This document shows, piece by piece, positions 18,387-29,660 of a DNA stretch of 64,000 nt. Numbering within the stretch: position 1 is the first letter of the stretch; each line of letters begins with the position of its first letter. Under the pieces are notes generated by a model, which was given only the letters and a program-made list of their open reading frames with translations, had not been told where the DNA came from and did not search any database. Source of the stretch: a virus (lineage: Duplodnaviria > Heunggongvirae > Uroviricota > Caudoviricetes); the IMG/VR virus record IMGVR_UViG_3300029305_011675. One strand, given 5' to 3'. Both the position numbers and the translations under genes were made by a program.

Positions 18387-18833
18387 ATGCAATTTCCAAT
18401 TGAATTAGATGAACGAAGAATTGAAGATGCTGTGATTTCTGAATGTGTAAGATACGTAAAAGACAAGCAGATGCAACACATGTTGCACGAAGTCGCAAAG
18501 CAGGTTGCACAGGATGTCAAGAGTGAAGTTGTCGATTCTGGTCTCGTAGAAAAAAGAGTCGAAGAAGTTGTCAAGCGAGTAGAAAACAGTTTGATGACCC
18601 GTGTAAACCGTCAATTTGGCGAGACCATGGATAAAGCACTTGATATTAGTGCTTCCGCAATCGATAAGAAACCCCAACTCAATGGAGATGGCAAAATGGT
18701 TAGAGACCATATGATTGCTGCCATAATCGGTTTCCAGAATGAGATTGGTTGTGATGAAAGTTCTGAAGCATATCAAGCATATCAAAAAATGATGACATGG
18801 GTCGAAGAAAATTACGGTCCGATGATGTCTTAA
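18387..18833 (+). CDS. Hypothetical protein
   Basis: AGGAGG RBS, co-transcribed with ligase. Confidence 0.7.
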   Translation: MQFPIELDERRIEDAVISECVRYVKDKQMQHMLHEVAKQVAQDVKSEVVDSGLVEKRVEEVVKRVENSLMTRVNRQFGETMDKALDISASAIDKKPQLNGDGKMVRDHMIAAIIGFQNEIGCDESSEAYQAYQKMMTWVEENYGPMMS

Positions 18834-18872
18834 GAAAAATAAGGGAAAGTCATTAAGACTTTCCCTTTTTTG

Positions 18873-20102
18873 TTATCTATTTTGATTTGGCGGCACAAAA
18901 TTTGCATTTTGATTGTTAACAAATTGTTGTTGAGATTGTTGTGCCATTGATTGCTGTTGGCAACCCTGTGGAGGTATCGGTTGCTGACCTTGCGGTGGCA
19001 TTTGCTGATAACCTTGTGGATATATAGGTTGTTGTGGATAATTTGCCTGCATAAGTCTCTGTATTTGCGGATTATAATACTGATTATAAACTCTTTGCTG
19101 TGGCTGTTGATAAGTAACTGGAATCACATTGGGATTATATTGTGGTTGCATAGGGGGTCTTTGTGGCATTTGATAACCATAACCATTCTGTGCCTGCGGA
19201 GCACCATACATAGGTTGTGGTGGACAATTGTAATAACTACCAACAGGAACTGGCTGCGGTTTTACAATTTTAGGTTGTGGAGGCAACTTAAAGATTGTTC
19301 TAATTTCTTTTCTTGTTGCAATAAGAACAACTAAACCAATAGTTGCTAAAATACCAACAATATATGTTGTTACATCTCCGCCGAAAGCACTACTTACAAC
19401 TGTCAAACTATTAAAAGTCATATGGGCAAAAATCGCATACCACAAATTTTCATATTTGGTATATACAATTGCCATCATAAGACCAAGAATGGCAGTATAG
19501 AGTGTCTGAACAGGATTTCCGTGTGCAAGACCGAAGAATACACAGGAAATAATAATGCCAGCAGTTCGATTGCTCTTACCAATCGTACCGCAAATGCCAT
19601 ATCTAAACACTATTTCTTCCATAATTGGAACAATAATGCCAACACCAAGTAAATTTATAAAAAACGAATATGTGCCGACCAAAGCACTTGATGAATTAGA
19701 TAGTTCAATTAGTTTATAGATGTCGGGATATACAAGTGAAATAAGGAAAATAAAAATTCCCAAAACAAAAGTAACTATCATATTGAACGATAATCCGACT
19801 AATCCCATAAACAATGCTTTATCCCATTCCATTTTGCCAATATCGAGTTTTTCTTTTTTCTTTAATAGTTTATGGAGTACATATACACCAATGACTATAA
19901 ATCCCGTAAAAATTAGTGTAGGCAATGTAATATCGCTGATATATTGTACAAATTCTTCAGCAATTTTTTCCGCATCTCCGCTTGCTAAAAAATTCAGTTC
20001 TCCCTTAATCGCATCGATGACGATGATAAAAAATGTAATAATTAGTTGTACGACCATATATAAACCGTACCAAAAGGCTGCTTTGCCTATATTTTTCCCC
20101 AT
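18873..20102 (-). CDS. CPBP/CAAX (Abi) intramembrane protease with Gln/Pro-rich tail
   Basis: PIMEEIVFR, FGLAH, HMTFN motifs; multiple TMs. Confidence 0.9.
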   Translation of the reverse strand: MGKNIGKAAFWYGLYMVVQLIITFFIIVIDAIKGELNFLASGDAEKIAEEFVQYISDITLPTLIFTGFIVIGVYVLHKLLKKKEKLDIGKMEWDKALFMGLVGLSFNMIVTFVLGIFIFLISLVYPDIYKLIELSNSSSALVGTYSFFINLLGVGIIVPIMEEIVFRYGICGTIGKSNRTAGIIISCVFFGLAHGNPVQTLYTAILGLMMAIVYTKYENLWYAIFAHMTFNSLTVVSSAFGGDVTTYIVGILATIGLVVLIATRKEIRTIFKLPPQPKIVKPQPVPVGSYYNCPPQPMYGAPQAQNGYGYQMPQRPPMQPQYNPNVIPVTYQQPQQRVYNQYYNPQIQRLMQANYPQQPIYPQGYQQMPPQGQQPIPPQGCQQQSMAQQSQQQFVNNQNANFVPPNQNR

Positions 20103-20237
20103 TAGGTTAACACCTCGTTCTTTCTTTCAGATATTTTAATTATAACACATTTCGCAAAAAATTCAAGAGCATTTGCAACCGCAAAACAAATGAGGCAACC
20201 ATTATGATTGCCTCATTATTTTTGTGCCAATATTGCT

Positions 20238-20531
20238 TTATTTACCAAGACGAATTTTTTCTGCCTTTTCCATAACAGAAGAAGGAATTAACTTTCTGTC
20301 AATAGCAATAAACTGACCACAAACAGGACAAACTACTCCGAAATCTGTTCCGTGGTAATCAGGATACTTGTCCCAGTCGTGTGCCTTGATATCACTTGCT
20401 TCAATTTCGAGTTTACTGCCACAGAAGTCGTTTTCTTTTCCATACGAAAATCCGTAACCGTCAACAACTCTCTTGCAAGTTACCTGCATGGGGAATACGC
20501 CAAATGTCTTATTTTCTTCAATTATTTTCAT
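20238..20531 (-). CDS. Hypothetical Zn-ribbon protein
   Basis: C..C and CPVC; GGAGG RBS. Confidence 0.65.
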   Translation of the reverse strand: MKIIEENKTFGVFPMQVTCKRVVDGYGFSYGKENDFCGSKLEIEASDIKAHDWDKYPDYHGTDFGVVCPVCGQFIAIDRKLIPSSVMEKAEKIRLGK

Positions 20532-20681
20532 ACGAAATACCTCCTTTTCGTCACACAAGTATTATATCATAAAACCATTTAATTGTCAATCTTTTTCTCA
20601 ACCAAAAACAAACACATCTGTTGACTTTTTTGCCATTTTATTGTATAATTATGAAAAGACAAATTAGATGGAGGTCAAAAT

Positions 20682-22364
20682 GTGAAGTATAAAAAGAATT
20701 TAGATATCGCAACACTTTCAGTGGTCTCTGCGATATTTTTTATGTTATTTTTTACATTAACATATATATCTTATTTACACTTAATATTTGAAAATTGCGA
20801 GACTTTATTTTTTATTCTAACCATTATTTCTTTTACTGTTACAACAATCTCTGGTATACAAACTATAAGAAACAATGAAGAACAGAAGAAACCCGATAAA
20901 AAATTCAAGCGAAAAATCATTACTCATATTACAATATTAACAGTGCTTTTTGCTATGTTTATAGCCATATCAAAATTTAGGTACTGCTATGGTGTTGTAG
21001 ATGCAGAACAAATTTTTTATCACACATTTGTAAGTTCTGCAGGAATGGATTTCAGTACAGTAATCACAATATCTGTTCCAACATTGATTTGCACAACAGT
21101 CTTTTTACTAACTTTAGTTTATATAAATTATATTCTTAAAGTTAAACAAAAGATTAACAAAAGCACGATAAAAATATTGTCGTTTGCATCAGTAATATCG
21201 TTTATTTTGGTTATTACAATGATATTTACCACAATCCCAATATTGCAGTTCCTTTATTATCAAAACTTCACAGAAAGTTCATTCATCACCAACAATTATG
21301 CCGACCCCAAAACAACAAAAATCGAATTTCCTGAACAAAAAAGAAATTTGATTTATATTTATATGGAATCTACGGAAAACACATTTGCGGACTATGAAAA
21401 TGGCGGTGCTTTTAAGGACAATCTCATTCCAGAAATAACAAATTTACAAAAAGAAAACATCAATTTTTCTAACAACACAAATATTGGGGGAGCACCGTCA
21501 ACTTATGGAATAACCTATACTACCGCAAGTATCTTTTCGCAAAGTTTTGGTTTGCCGTTGAAAATTGGCACAAATGCCAAACCGATGCCAAATGCAATAT
21601 TGCCAAATAAATATAATATTTTCGATATTCTCAATGATGCAGGTTATTCTCAACACATTGTAATGGGTTCTGATGTAAACTTTGGAGGTTTGAAAGAACT
21701 GTTTACATCTCACGGAAATGTTGAAATCTACGATTACCAAGATATGATTAAAACTGGTTTCATAGATAAGGATTATCGAGTATTTTGGGGTGTAGAAGAT
21801 AAGTTGATGTATGAATATTCTAAACAAAAATTAGGCGAAATTTCGCAAAAAGACGAACCGTTTTTCTTTGTTATGGAAACAGTAGATACTCACAACCCAA
21901 ACGGATATTTGTGTAGCGAATGTAGAAATGTTTTTTCGTCACAATATGCGAATGTCGTTTCTTGTGCAAGTCGCCAGTTAAACAATTTTGTCAATTGGGC
22001 AAAAGAACAAAGTTGGTACGACAACACAACGATTGTTGTAGTTGGAGACCATTTGAGCATGAAATACGACTTTTTCCACGATATACCGAAAAATTATATT
22101 CGCACTACAACCAATATTATCATAAATCCACACCCGTCTCTTGATTTCAGTAACTCAAATTTTAGCAATAGACAGTTTGCTAATTTAGATATGCTACCAA
22201 CCACACTAGCATCTATTGGTTGTAAAATCGAAGGCGATATGCTTGGACTTGGAACAAATTTATTTTCAACCAAAGAAACAATCTTTGAAAAATACGGATA
22301 TGAATATGTAGAAGAAGAGTTTAAAAAGAAAACGACATTTTATAAAAATATTTTTGAAGGATGA
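20682..22364 (+). CDS. LTA synthase/phosphoglycerol transferase (sulfatase) family
   Basis: N-terminal TMs, RNLIYIYMES, WGVED, TVDTH, VVGDH, LGLGTNL. Confidence 0.9.
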   Translation: MKYKKNLDIATLSVVSAIFFMLFFTLTYISYLHLIFENCETLFFILTIISFTVTTISGIQTIRNNEEQKKPDKKFKRKIITHITILTVLFAMFIAISKFRYCYGVVDAEQIFYHTFVSSAGMDFSTVITISVPTLICTTVFLLTLVYINYILKVKQKINKSTIKILSFASVISFILVITMIFTTIPILQFLYYQNFTESSFITNNYADPKTTKIEFPEQKRNLIYIYMESTENTFADYENGGAFKDNLIPEITNLQKENINFSNNTNIGGAPSTYGITYTTASIFSQSFGLPLKIGTNAKPMPNAILPNKYNIFDILNDAGYSQHIVMGSDVNFGGLKELFTSHGNVEIYDYQDMIKTGFIDKDYRVFWGVEDKLMYEYSKQKLGEISQKDEPFFFVMETVDTHNPNGYLCSECRNVFSSQYANVVSCASRQLNNFVNWAKEQSWYDNTTIVVVGDHLSMKYDFFHDIPKNYIRTTTNIIINPHPSLDFSNSNFSNRQFANLDMLPTTLASIGCKIEGDMLGLGTNLFSTKETIFEKYGYEYVEEEFKKKTTFYKNIFEG

Positions 22365-22454
22365 AGCACTTTACATAAGTGCTTCATTTTTCATTGACAA
22401 GAAAAGAAAAATCATTTATGCTATGTTTAACATAAATGAAAGGAATGATTTCAT

Positions 22455-23435
22455 ATGAAATTTAACTATAAATCCCGTAAGGGTTTTACTTTAATTGAAT
22501 TACTCGTAGTGATTGGCATTCTTGCAGTGTTGGCCGCAATTGCTATTCCAAGTGTTGCTGGACTTATAGATAGAGCAAATGTTTCTGCAGACAATACCAA
22601 TGCTAATGAGATGACGAATGCTATGGAAAGATTCGTAAGTGAGTATGAACTATTTAGACAGGATATCGCAAGCGGCACTTTCGATGTAAACAATATGGAT
22701 GCCGCACAAGGTAGAGTATATAATGTAACTGGTGCAGATAGTATAGAAGACATTCGTGCATTAGAAAGCGAAGCAGGGTTTAATGGTATTAGAATAGACA
22801 TTGATAATAAATATGCACAAAACCATGCTACTGCAAAAGCAGTAATGCAGAATTATATGAAAACAAGTTCTTCTACTTTTGAACCAAAGCAAAGTGATAT
22901 GACTTATTGGTATCATACCGAAACAGGTTATACTGTGGTATCTGAAAAATACTCAAATACAGAATCATTATATGAAAAACTTCCAACAAATGTTAACCAC
23001 GAAAAAACTGGTTATGTAACAGATTGGATTGATTTAAATTCGTCCTATACTATTCCTGACTTACGTGTTTCAAAAACAGAAGCAAGTAAAGAGGATGGAA
23101 AAACATCTGTGATTTTTTGGTTTACACTGGCAAACCCAGTCGATAATAATATAGATATCTCAAAGATATATTATATGTACGATAAAGAAGCAAATGGTTT
23201 GTTAAGCATGGAAAATAACCACTCTGTTCGCAAATTTTCTGATACTTATGATATAAATGATGCGATTGGCAAAGGAGATTTTATAAATTTTTATGTCAAA
23301 CTAAATTTAGTGTCGGTAAGCCCCGACGAAAGGATTTCTTTTAGAGTCTGCTATGAATATGAAGAGAATGGACAAAAAAGATATTTCTATTCGCCAATCC
23401 TAACAGCATCGTTTAACGAACTAACAGAAAAATAA
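22455..23435 (+). CDS. Type IV pilin-like protein
   Basis: Class III signal KG|FTLIELLVVIGILAVLAAIAIP with E5. Confidence 0.9.
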   Translation: MKFNYKSRKGFTLIELLVVIGILAVLAAIAIPSVAGLIDRANVSADNTNANEMTNAMERFVSEYELFRQDIASGTFDVNNMDAAQGRVYNVTGADSIEDIRALESEAGFNGIRIDIDNKYAQNHATAKAVMQNYMKTSSSTFEPKQSDMTYWYHTETGYTVVSEKYSNTESLYEKLPTNVNHEKTGYVTDWIDLNSSYTIPDLRVSKTEASKEDGKTSVIFWFTLANPVDNNIDISKIYYMYDKEANGLLSMENNHSVRKFSDTYDINDAIGKGDFINFYVKLNLVSVSPDERISFRVCYEYEENGQKRYFYSPILTASFNELTEK

Positions 23436-23473
23436 CAAACAAAACCCGACGAAATTATTTCGTCGGGTTTTTC

Positions 23474-24439
23474 TCATTCAAAGAATGTTTCTTCAACTCC
23501 ATAAGGCGAAGTAGTGTCATCTTCATCATATTCCTTGTGTGCCTTTGCAATGTCTGCAATATGCTTAATAACATATTGAGCAATCAAATAATGCATTCTG
23601 GTTTCTTCGCTCTGACTGCCAGCACCGCTGTCACAGAGGTAACCTTTTCTCAAACAAGAGAGTGCTTTGGTAAACAACTGCACATCAACAAACTGTGCAA
23701 TCAAATCATCTGTGTTGTCTTCGTGAATGAGTTTCTTCGCCATGTCGAACCAAGAAACAGCACAAGGATTGAGCATGCCGATTATGAAAATCTCTCTCGT
23801 GAAATCCAAGTAGGTACTGAAACTCAATGCATTGGTAAGAGCAATCGATTTACTCTTATCTTCAGCACATCCAAGGTCCTTCTTAATTGCATCAATGCGA
23901 GCAATATCTTCCCTCGCCTTTGCGATTTTCTCCCAAATTTTATTAGTAAGGGTTTCTCGCATATTCGCACTACTACCATAAGGTTTTCTGTTAGCAATTT
24001 CATCAACCATAAGCACATAGGCATCATAGTGAATCATCATATAATTGATTTCAACCATACCGTTCTTATGGAGACTACTGTTTGTCTTAATATAGCAACC
24101 GCCGTGACAGCACAAGACCTGACTTACAAATTGCTCAAAATCTTCACACTTTTCAGCAACTTCATACTCGGTGTTGCAACCATCGTTCCGACTATAAAAA
24201 TAATTAAAGTCATTTAACAAATGCTTCTTATTTTCATCTGTGGTTTGAATATTTTCGATTGCTCCATAATCATCATATTCACCAATGAGAGGCAGTGCAA
24301 ACGGAACAAAAACATCCGTAGGGTAGCAAGCATTAAAGTCGCAATCATCCTTAACTTTTGCAAGAGGAATAAGAACGACTTTTTCTCCCGCATAAATAGG
24401 TAAATTAGTTACATTGCAAGTAGCATTCCAACAACCCAT
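23474..24439 (-). CDS. Hypothetical protein, paralog of 56804-57715
   Basis: Shared MGxxNATCNxxNLPI, GEYxxYG, GYLCDxGxGSQ. Confidence 0.8.
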   Translation of the reverse strand: MGCWNATCNVTNLPIYAGEKVVLIPLAKVKDDCDFNACYPTDVFVPFALPLIGEYDDYGAIENIQTTDENKKHLLNDFNYFYSRNDGCNTEYEVAEKCEDFEQFVSQVLCCHGGCYIKTNSSLHKNGMVEINYMMIHYDAYVLMVDEIANRKPYGSSANMRETLTNKIWEKIAKAREDIARIDAIKKDLGCAEDKSKSIALTNALSFSTYLDFTREIFIIGMLNPCAVSWFDMAKKLIHEDNTDDLIAQFVDVQLFTKALSCLRKGYLCDSGAGSQSEETRMHYLIAQYVIKHIADIAKAHKEYDEDDTTSPYGVEETFFE

Positions 24440-24453
24440 TTTTTCAATCCTCC

Positions 24454-24783
24454 TTAATAAACAGTCTCAAAACAAAATGTTTGTGTGCAAATTTCGCCAT
24501 CATACCAAGACAAGTGATAGTAAATTTCGTAGCAACCGCCATCACAAGTAACAGCAATGGTCACAAGTTCGAGAACATAATCATATCCCGACTTATCCAT
24601 AATCGCACAGACATCTTTTTCAAATTTTGCAAGTGGTGTTTTATCGAGGAGTGCTTGTGTTGCTACCGCATTTCCTGTGCAATCAAATGCAAGTTTCTGC
24701 ATCGCATCCATATCATAATTTTCGTTTTCAAATTCCGATGTTGTTGCCTCTTGAATTTTATCAAGTTCCTTAATCAAATTCAT
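24454..24783 (-). CDS. Hypothetical protein
   Basis: GGAGG RBS and promoter. Confidence 0.7.
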   Translation of the reverse strand: MNLIKELDKIQEATTSEFENENYDMDAMQKLAFDCTGNAVATQALLDKTPLAKFEKDVCAIMDKSGYDYVLELVTIAVTCDGGCYEIYYHLSWYDGEICTQTFCFETVY

Positions 24784-25084
24784 ATTTTCCCTCCTGAATT
24801 TCTTTTTTTCTTTCTACATATATTATACAATAAACAACTCTCAATGTCAACATTTTTTCTAAAAACAAGAAGATTCTTTGTGACGCCTTGGTGGAACCTT
24901 AACTGGTCCTATAATCAAAAAAGTTTTCGGAAAATCACCGTTTTCATCTCTCAAAAATAATCAGGCGGTCTTTTTCAGAAACTTTTACTTGAGTCTTTAG
25001 AGTCTACAGAGTCGGAACCCTTGGAACCATATTGCCTATGCAAAAAAGAAAAGAGGCATTTTAAATGCCTCTCAATAGTCTCCA

Positions 25085-25588
25085 TTATTTCTTTTCTCTT
25101 ATCTTTTTATCAACGAATTTTAAGAATGTTTTCGCATCTCCAACATCTTTCTTTCTCACAAAAATCGGAACTTCTTGTCCTTTTTGCATAACTGTTAAGA
25201 TAAAGTAGTTTTTACTTTGTACGACCCTCTTAATTCCCTTGTATGAGAAAATGCTCTTTTTGTTATCGACCTTTGTACTATAAAAAATAGCACCATCATT
25301 CAATTCAACATTTACTTTTAGTTTAGCGCCCATTCCCTTTAAGAAATCGACATTGGTTGCTTCTTTAATTGTTTTTCGCAATTTCAAAACCAAACAAACG
25401 CTAAATGCCACACCAACAACTGCAGGAATAAGTAACCACCAAAGGCGAGTAAGGGCGGCAACAACCAAAAGTGCAATAACAAAAATGCCAGCAATACTAC
25501 CAATCAAAATTGACTTTGACCGAAGTTGCTGTTCAGAAATTTCGTTAATTAGGTCTGCACCCATTTCATAAGTACTCTTATATTTCAC
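25085..25588 (-). CDS. YcxB-like membrane protein
   Basis: Two TMs then FSYKGIKRVVQSKNYFIL..IFVRK. Confidence 0.65.
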   Translation of the reverse strand: MKYKSTYEMGADLINEISEQQLRSKSILIGSIAGIFVIALLVVAALTRLWWLLIPAVVGVAFSVCLVLKLRKTIKEATNVDFLKGMGAKLKVNVELNDGAIFYSTKVDNKKSIFSYKGIKRVVQSKNYFILTVMQKGQEVPIFVRKKDVGDAKTFLKFVDKKIREKK

Positions 25589-25672
25589 ATTTCAGTCTCC
25601 TTTATATGTTTTGTCTTATTATAGCATACTTTCTGAATTTTGTAAATAGATTGAAAAACTTTTGCATTTTCT

Positions 25673-25702
25673 TTGACAAGAAAAAAAAAAATCACGTATA
25701 TT
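25673..25702 (+). promoter_or_regulatory. Pilin promoter with A11 tract in spacer
   Basis: TTGACA-AG-A11-TCACG-TATATT (18-nt spacer). Confidence 0.7.
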
Positions 25703-25734
25703 GAAACAAACTACATGTGAAAGGATGATTTCTT

Positions 25735-27540
25735 ATGAAATTTAACATAAAATCCAAGAAAGGATTTACACTAATTGAACTTCTTGTAGTAATTGGCATT
25801 TTAGCGGTTTTAGCAGCAATTGCTATTCCTTCAGTCGCTGGTCTTATCGACAGAGCAAATGTATCTGCTGACAATAGCAATGCAACCGCTATGACAAGTG
25901 CAATTGAGCAATTTACATCAGAATTTGAATTAGTGAAGCAAGATATTGCTTCTGGTACTCTGGATGAAACGGATTTAGATTCCGTACAAGGTAGGATATT
26001 TAATATATTTGAAATCACGATGCGAAGTCAAGTTACTCACATTGAAAACGAGGATGGTATTAACGGATATGGTGTTAATATCAATACCAAATATCCAGTA
26101 AATGAGAAAACATTTAAGAGTGTTATTACCCATTACTTAAAGACTACATCTGACACATTCATTCCAAAGCAAAGTGATAAAGCATTTTATTACTCACCCG
26201 AAATTGGCATCGTTATCGTAGCAGAAGATGGTTCTACAACTGATGAACTCAATAAAGTAGCGTTAGTTGATGAAGATGGAGTAAGTGTAAATAACAAAGG
26301 TTTTGTTACACTTTCGGTAACTCCACTTACTGACGATATTGAAGATAACAACATTCAATGGATTAACCTTACTCTCAATGCTTTGAATGAGAAGAGTGGT
26401 GCTACAATCACTAATGTTTATGTATCTACTGATACTAAAAATCAGTATACCACATTAAGAAAAGATGTGCTCGGTTACGAAGAATACGATAGCGAAGGCA
26501 GCGGTCTTTTCATACCAGGTACTAACGAATATATCAAAATTACTGTAAATGGCAAACAGGTTGATGCTACTTGGAAACACCTTATTCAAGGAGATTATAT
26601 TCGTGTTGTAAACGGCGAATTAGAAAATGGTTCGAGAGCAAGAGAAATGTCAGGTGAACTTGTTATTGGTAGTGAAATTTCCAACATTATTGAAAAAGAA
26701 TGGGACTCTGGAAACAACTTTTTAGAAGGAACAAGAGTGACCTCGGTTGTTTTTAAAGAAGGTATTACAAAAATCGGACATTGTATTTTTAGAGGTGCAA
26801 ATTCTCTTAAGTCTATTTCTTTACCAAGCACCTTGTCGCAAATTGATGGTACTTTTAGATGCACATCATTAGAAACCATCATTTTAGCAGAAGACAATAA
26901 GTATTTTACACTTGATGATTGCGGTGTTTTATATTCTTCCGATTATTCAATTTTATATTGTTATCCAGATGCTAAACCAGAAAAAACTTATCGTTTGCAC
27001 GAAAACACAAAAATAATATTCGGTGCTGCATTTGACGGTATAAAAAATTTGGAAACTTTATATTTTAATGATGGATTAGAAGAAGTACGATACCAAGCCT
27101 TCGAAGGTGCTAATGGACTTAAAGATGTTTATATCAATGACAAGTGTTTTATCGAAAAGAGTGCCTTCAGAGGTTGGATTGCCCCGACCTATCATTTTGA
27201 AAATGGAAGTACAAAATATAAACTGTATGATGGTTGCATCTATTCTTATGATATGTCAACTGTAATTGCTGCTGGAAAACAAAGCGACGGTGTAATTGAA
27301 ATCTATGACGGTACTACAGAAATTTACAATATTTATGCATCTGCAAGCGGTGCCAATACCTTAATTATCCCCAAAAGTGTAGTACGAATAAATCGCTATT
27401 CCTTCAGTGCATTTATCAAAAATATTTATTACGAAGGAAGCAAAGAAGAATTTGATGCTATTCAAAAAATTGGTTCAGAACCCAACATTGTAGGAGAAGC
27501 AATCGAAAAAGCAAATATCGTATATAATTATAACCCATGA
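25735..27540 (+). CDS. Type IV pilin-like protein with BspA-type LRR C-terminus
   Basis: G|FTLIE prepilin motif; LKSISLPSTLSQI, GITKIG, AFEGA LRR_5-like repeats. Confidence 0.9.
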   Translation: MKFNIKSKKGFTLIELLVVIGILAVLAAIAIPSVAGLIDRANVSADNSNATAMTSAIEQFTSEFELVKQDIASGTLDETDLDSVQGRIFNIFEITMRSQVTHIENEDGINGYGVNINTKYPVNEKTFKSVITHYLKTTSDTFIPKQSDKAFYYSPEIGIVIVAEDGSTTDELNKVALVDEDGVSVNNKGFVTLSVTPLTDDIEDNNIQWINLTLNALNEKSGATITNVYVSTDTKNQYTTLRKDVLGYEEYDSEGSGLFIPGTNEYIKITVNGKQVDATWKHLIQGDYIRVVNGELENGSRAREMSGELVIGSEISNIIEKEWDSGNNFLEGTRVTSVVFKEGITKIGHCIFRGANSLKSISLPSTLSQIDGTFRCTSLETIILAEDNKYFTLDDCGVLYSSDYSILYCYPDAKPEKTYRLHENTKIIFGAAFDGIKNLETLYFNDGLEEVRYQAFEGANGLKDVYINDKCFIEKSAFRGWIAPTYHFENGSTKYKLYDGCIYSYDMSTVIAAGKQSDGVIEIYDGTTEIYNIYASASGANTLIIPKSVVRINRYSFSAFIKNIYYEGSKEEFDAIQKIGSEPNIVGEAIEKANIVYNYNP

Positions 27541-29030
27541 TTTAAAGAGAACCGATTAACTTCGGTTCTCTTTTTTTATGCCTACCACAGGTGAAGTTTG
27601 CTGCCAAGTCCCCACCAATTCTGAAGTTTACAAAAAATCGCAGCATTTCATCTCTGAAAAATTACGCAAGGTCTTTTTTCTAAAACTTTTCACTATTTTT
27701 ACACTATTTTTCACCATTTTGAGCGTGGTAATTATTATTTTTAACTTTAAAACTTCGATTTTCGCTGCCAAGAAAGCTCGACCCACATGTCCTGCGAAGC
27801 TGACAGTTACTCTAAAAACTCTAAAGTTTTTAAAAAATTCCAGAAGGCAGTCTCTCAAAAATTGCGTGTGGTCACTTTTTCAAAACTTTTTGAAGATTTG
27901 ATTTCTTCAGGTAACCCACCCACCCCTCTCTCCACCACCACCCCCGAAAAAAAATAAAATGTGACAAAACATTGAAATATAAATCACCTACGTATGGTGA
28001 ACGAAAAACCATCGAATAAAAGTTTCCTAAAAATCGCCACTCCTTATTTTTCAGAGATGGCGATTTGGTATTTTCGCAAAACTTCACTTGTGACAAAAAT
28101 GTGTCATCTACGTATGAATGCCTATGCAATACTAACCTCAATGAGGCAAAAATACACTTTGTATTTTTCAATTCCAAAATTTTCCCAAATCAACCTCCCA
28201 AAAAGCGAAACCCTCTTTTTATATCGGTATACCGATATATTTTCCCTTCAATTCTCCCATAAAAAACTAATATAAACCGATGTCGTTTTATATCATAACC
28301 CTCTCGCCAAGTAAGACTTACACTTGCCTCGCCCGCCAGCAGGTAAAGCGACGGCGACAAAAAAGTTTTCAAATTAAAGTGCAAATCCATTTTTGAGAGC
28401 ATGCGTGTGGTCATTTTTTGAAAACTTTTCACCCCAGAAGTGCACTCATCTCCAACCGACGGCGGACTCGGCAACCCTCTCTGCAGGTAAACTTTGCAAC
28501 ACTGTATCCCCCCACCCTTCTCACCATAACCCACAAAAACAGCAAAATACACTTTTGGTTCTGCAAAACAGCAAACCATACCTCAAATCTCTATATTCAA
28601 TACAATCAAACACCACCCACCCATCTTTCTTCCACGACCCACCAAAATAGAAAAACACATATTTCTATAACCCATCAAGCAAGTTCGCCAACTCCAATCG
28701 TCTTTCCATACTGAAGGCAAAGCAAACACCCATCCTCCCAACCTCATACTATGTTAACGACACAATTCCGCCCATCCTCTTTCAAGATGCACAAAAGTAT
28801 AAACAATATAAAGCAAACAACAGATAAGAAGAAATAAATACACTAATTAATCACTAATATAAAACAAATAAGAAAACCTCATTATCCCAAATAGAAAAAT
28901 ATCTTAAAATGGATAATAGAGTATATAACCCCAATAAATAACTATGTAATTTTTTTTAATTTCTTTACATACATTTGCAATTTACCTAAAAACGTTCTAT
29001 TATATATCTAATAAGCAACAAAGGAGAAAC
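27541..29030. other. Long non-coding repeat-rich region, candidate replication origin (left part)
   Basis: No credible ORF; C/A-rich plus strand; repeated CTCT(C/G)AAAAAT, CAGGTAA and AAAA(C/G)TTTT motifs. Confidence 0.45.
27863..28429 (+). repeat. 28-bp direct repeat pair (27863-27890, 28402-28429)
   Basis: TGCGTGTGGTCA(C/T)TTTTT(C/G)AAAACTTTT, 26/28 identical. Confidence 0.85.
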
Positions 29031-29034
29031 TAGA

Positions 29035-29637
29035 ATGTATACATATTATGCAAACCCCAAAATAAAAGAGGAAAAAACAGTAATTGCAAAGAAATGTTTA
29101 AGAAAAAAGAATAAAACATATGAAGAAACCACAATTTGCTGTCTTCTTTTTATTGCATGTTTATTTCTTGGTTTTTTAACAGGAGAATCTAATCCCGAAA
29201 TAAATACAAATAATCTCCTCACTCCTCTTATAGGTTCAATCGCACCCCTCGGAATAGGAATAATTTCTCTTATATATTTTATAAAAGAAACAAGAAGAAC
29301 ATACTTTAAATCAGAAAAAGAAAAAGTTACCTTATATAACGACTATATGGAATATAGTTATATGATTGATGATATAGAGACTACTTATAGAGTGTCATAC
29401 AAAGATATTACCTCCTTTTCTATTATTGAAAAATATGATAAATATGAACTTGTTATAATACCTCGCAATGTTAAGATAACTCATAATAACAAAAGAACTC
29501 TTGTTAAAAAGACAGATGATAGTAATAAACTCCGTCGGATAGAGATATTGTATTGCTTTGATAACGGAGATGAAATGATGCAAAGAATACAAGAAGCAGT
29601 ATGTCCTAATAAGGAAAAGAATGAAAAACAAAACTAA
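29035..29637 (+). CDS. Membrane protein, tandem paralog 1
   Basis: Two TMs; C-terminal half nearly identical to the next gene. Confidence 0.8.
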   Translation: MYTYYANPKIKEEKTVIAKKCLRKKNKTYEETTICCLLFIACLFLGFLTGESNPEINTNNLLTPLIGSIAPLGIGIISLIYFIKETRRTYFKSEKEKVTLYNDYMEYSYMIDDIETTYRVSYKDITSFSIIEKYDKYELVIIPRNVKITHNNKRTLVKKTDDSNKLRRIEILYCFDNGDEMMQRIQEAVCPNKEKNEKQN

Positions 29638-29660
29638 TAAAATATAAAGGGGAAACAAAA

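Noticed and set aside
27578-28714. ORFs in the repeat-rich region
   Set aside because: Overlapping, low-complexity translations without RBS; treated as non-coding.
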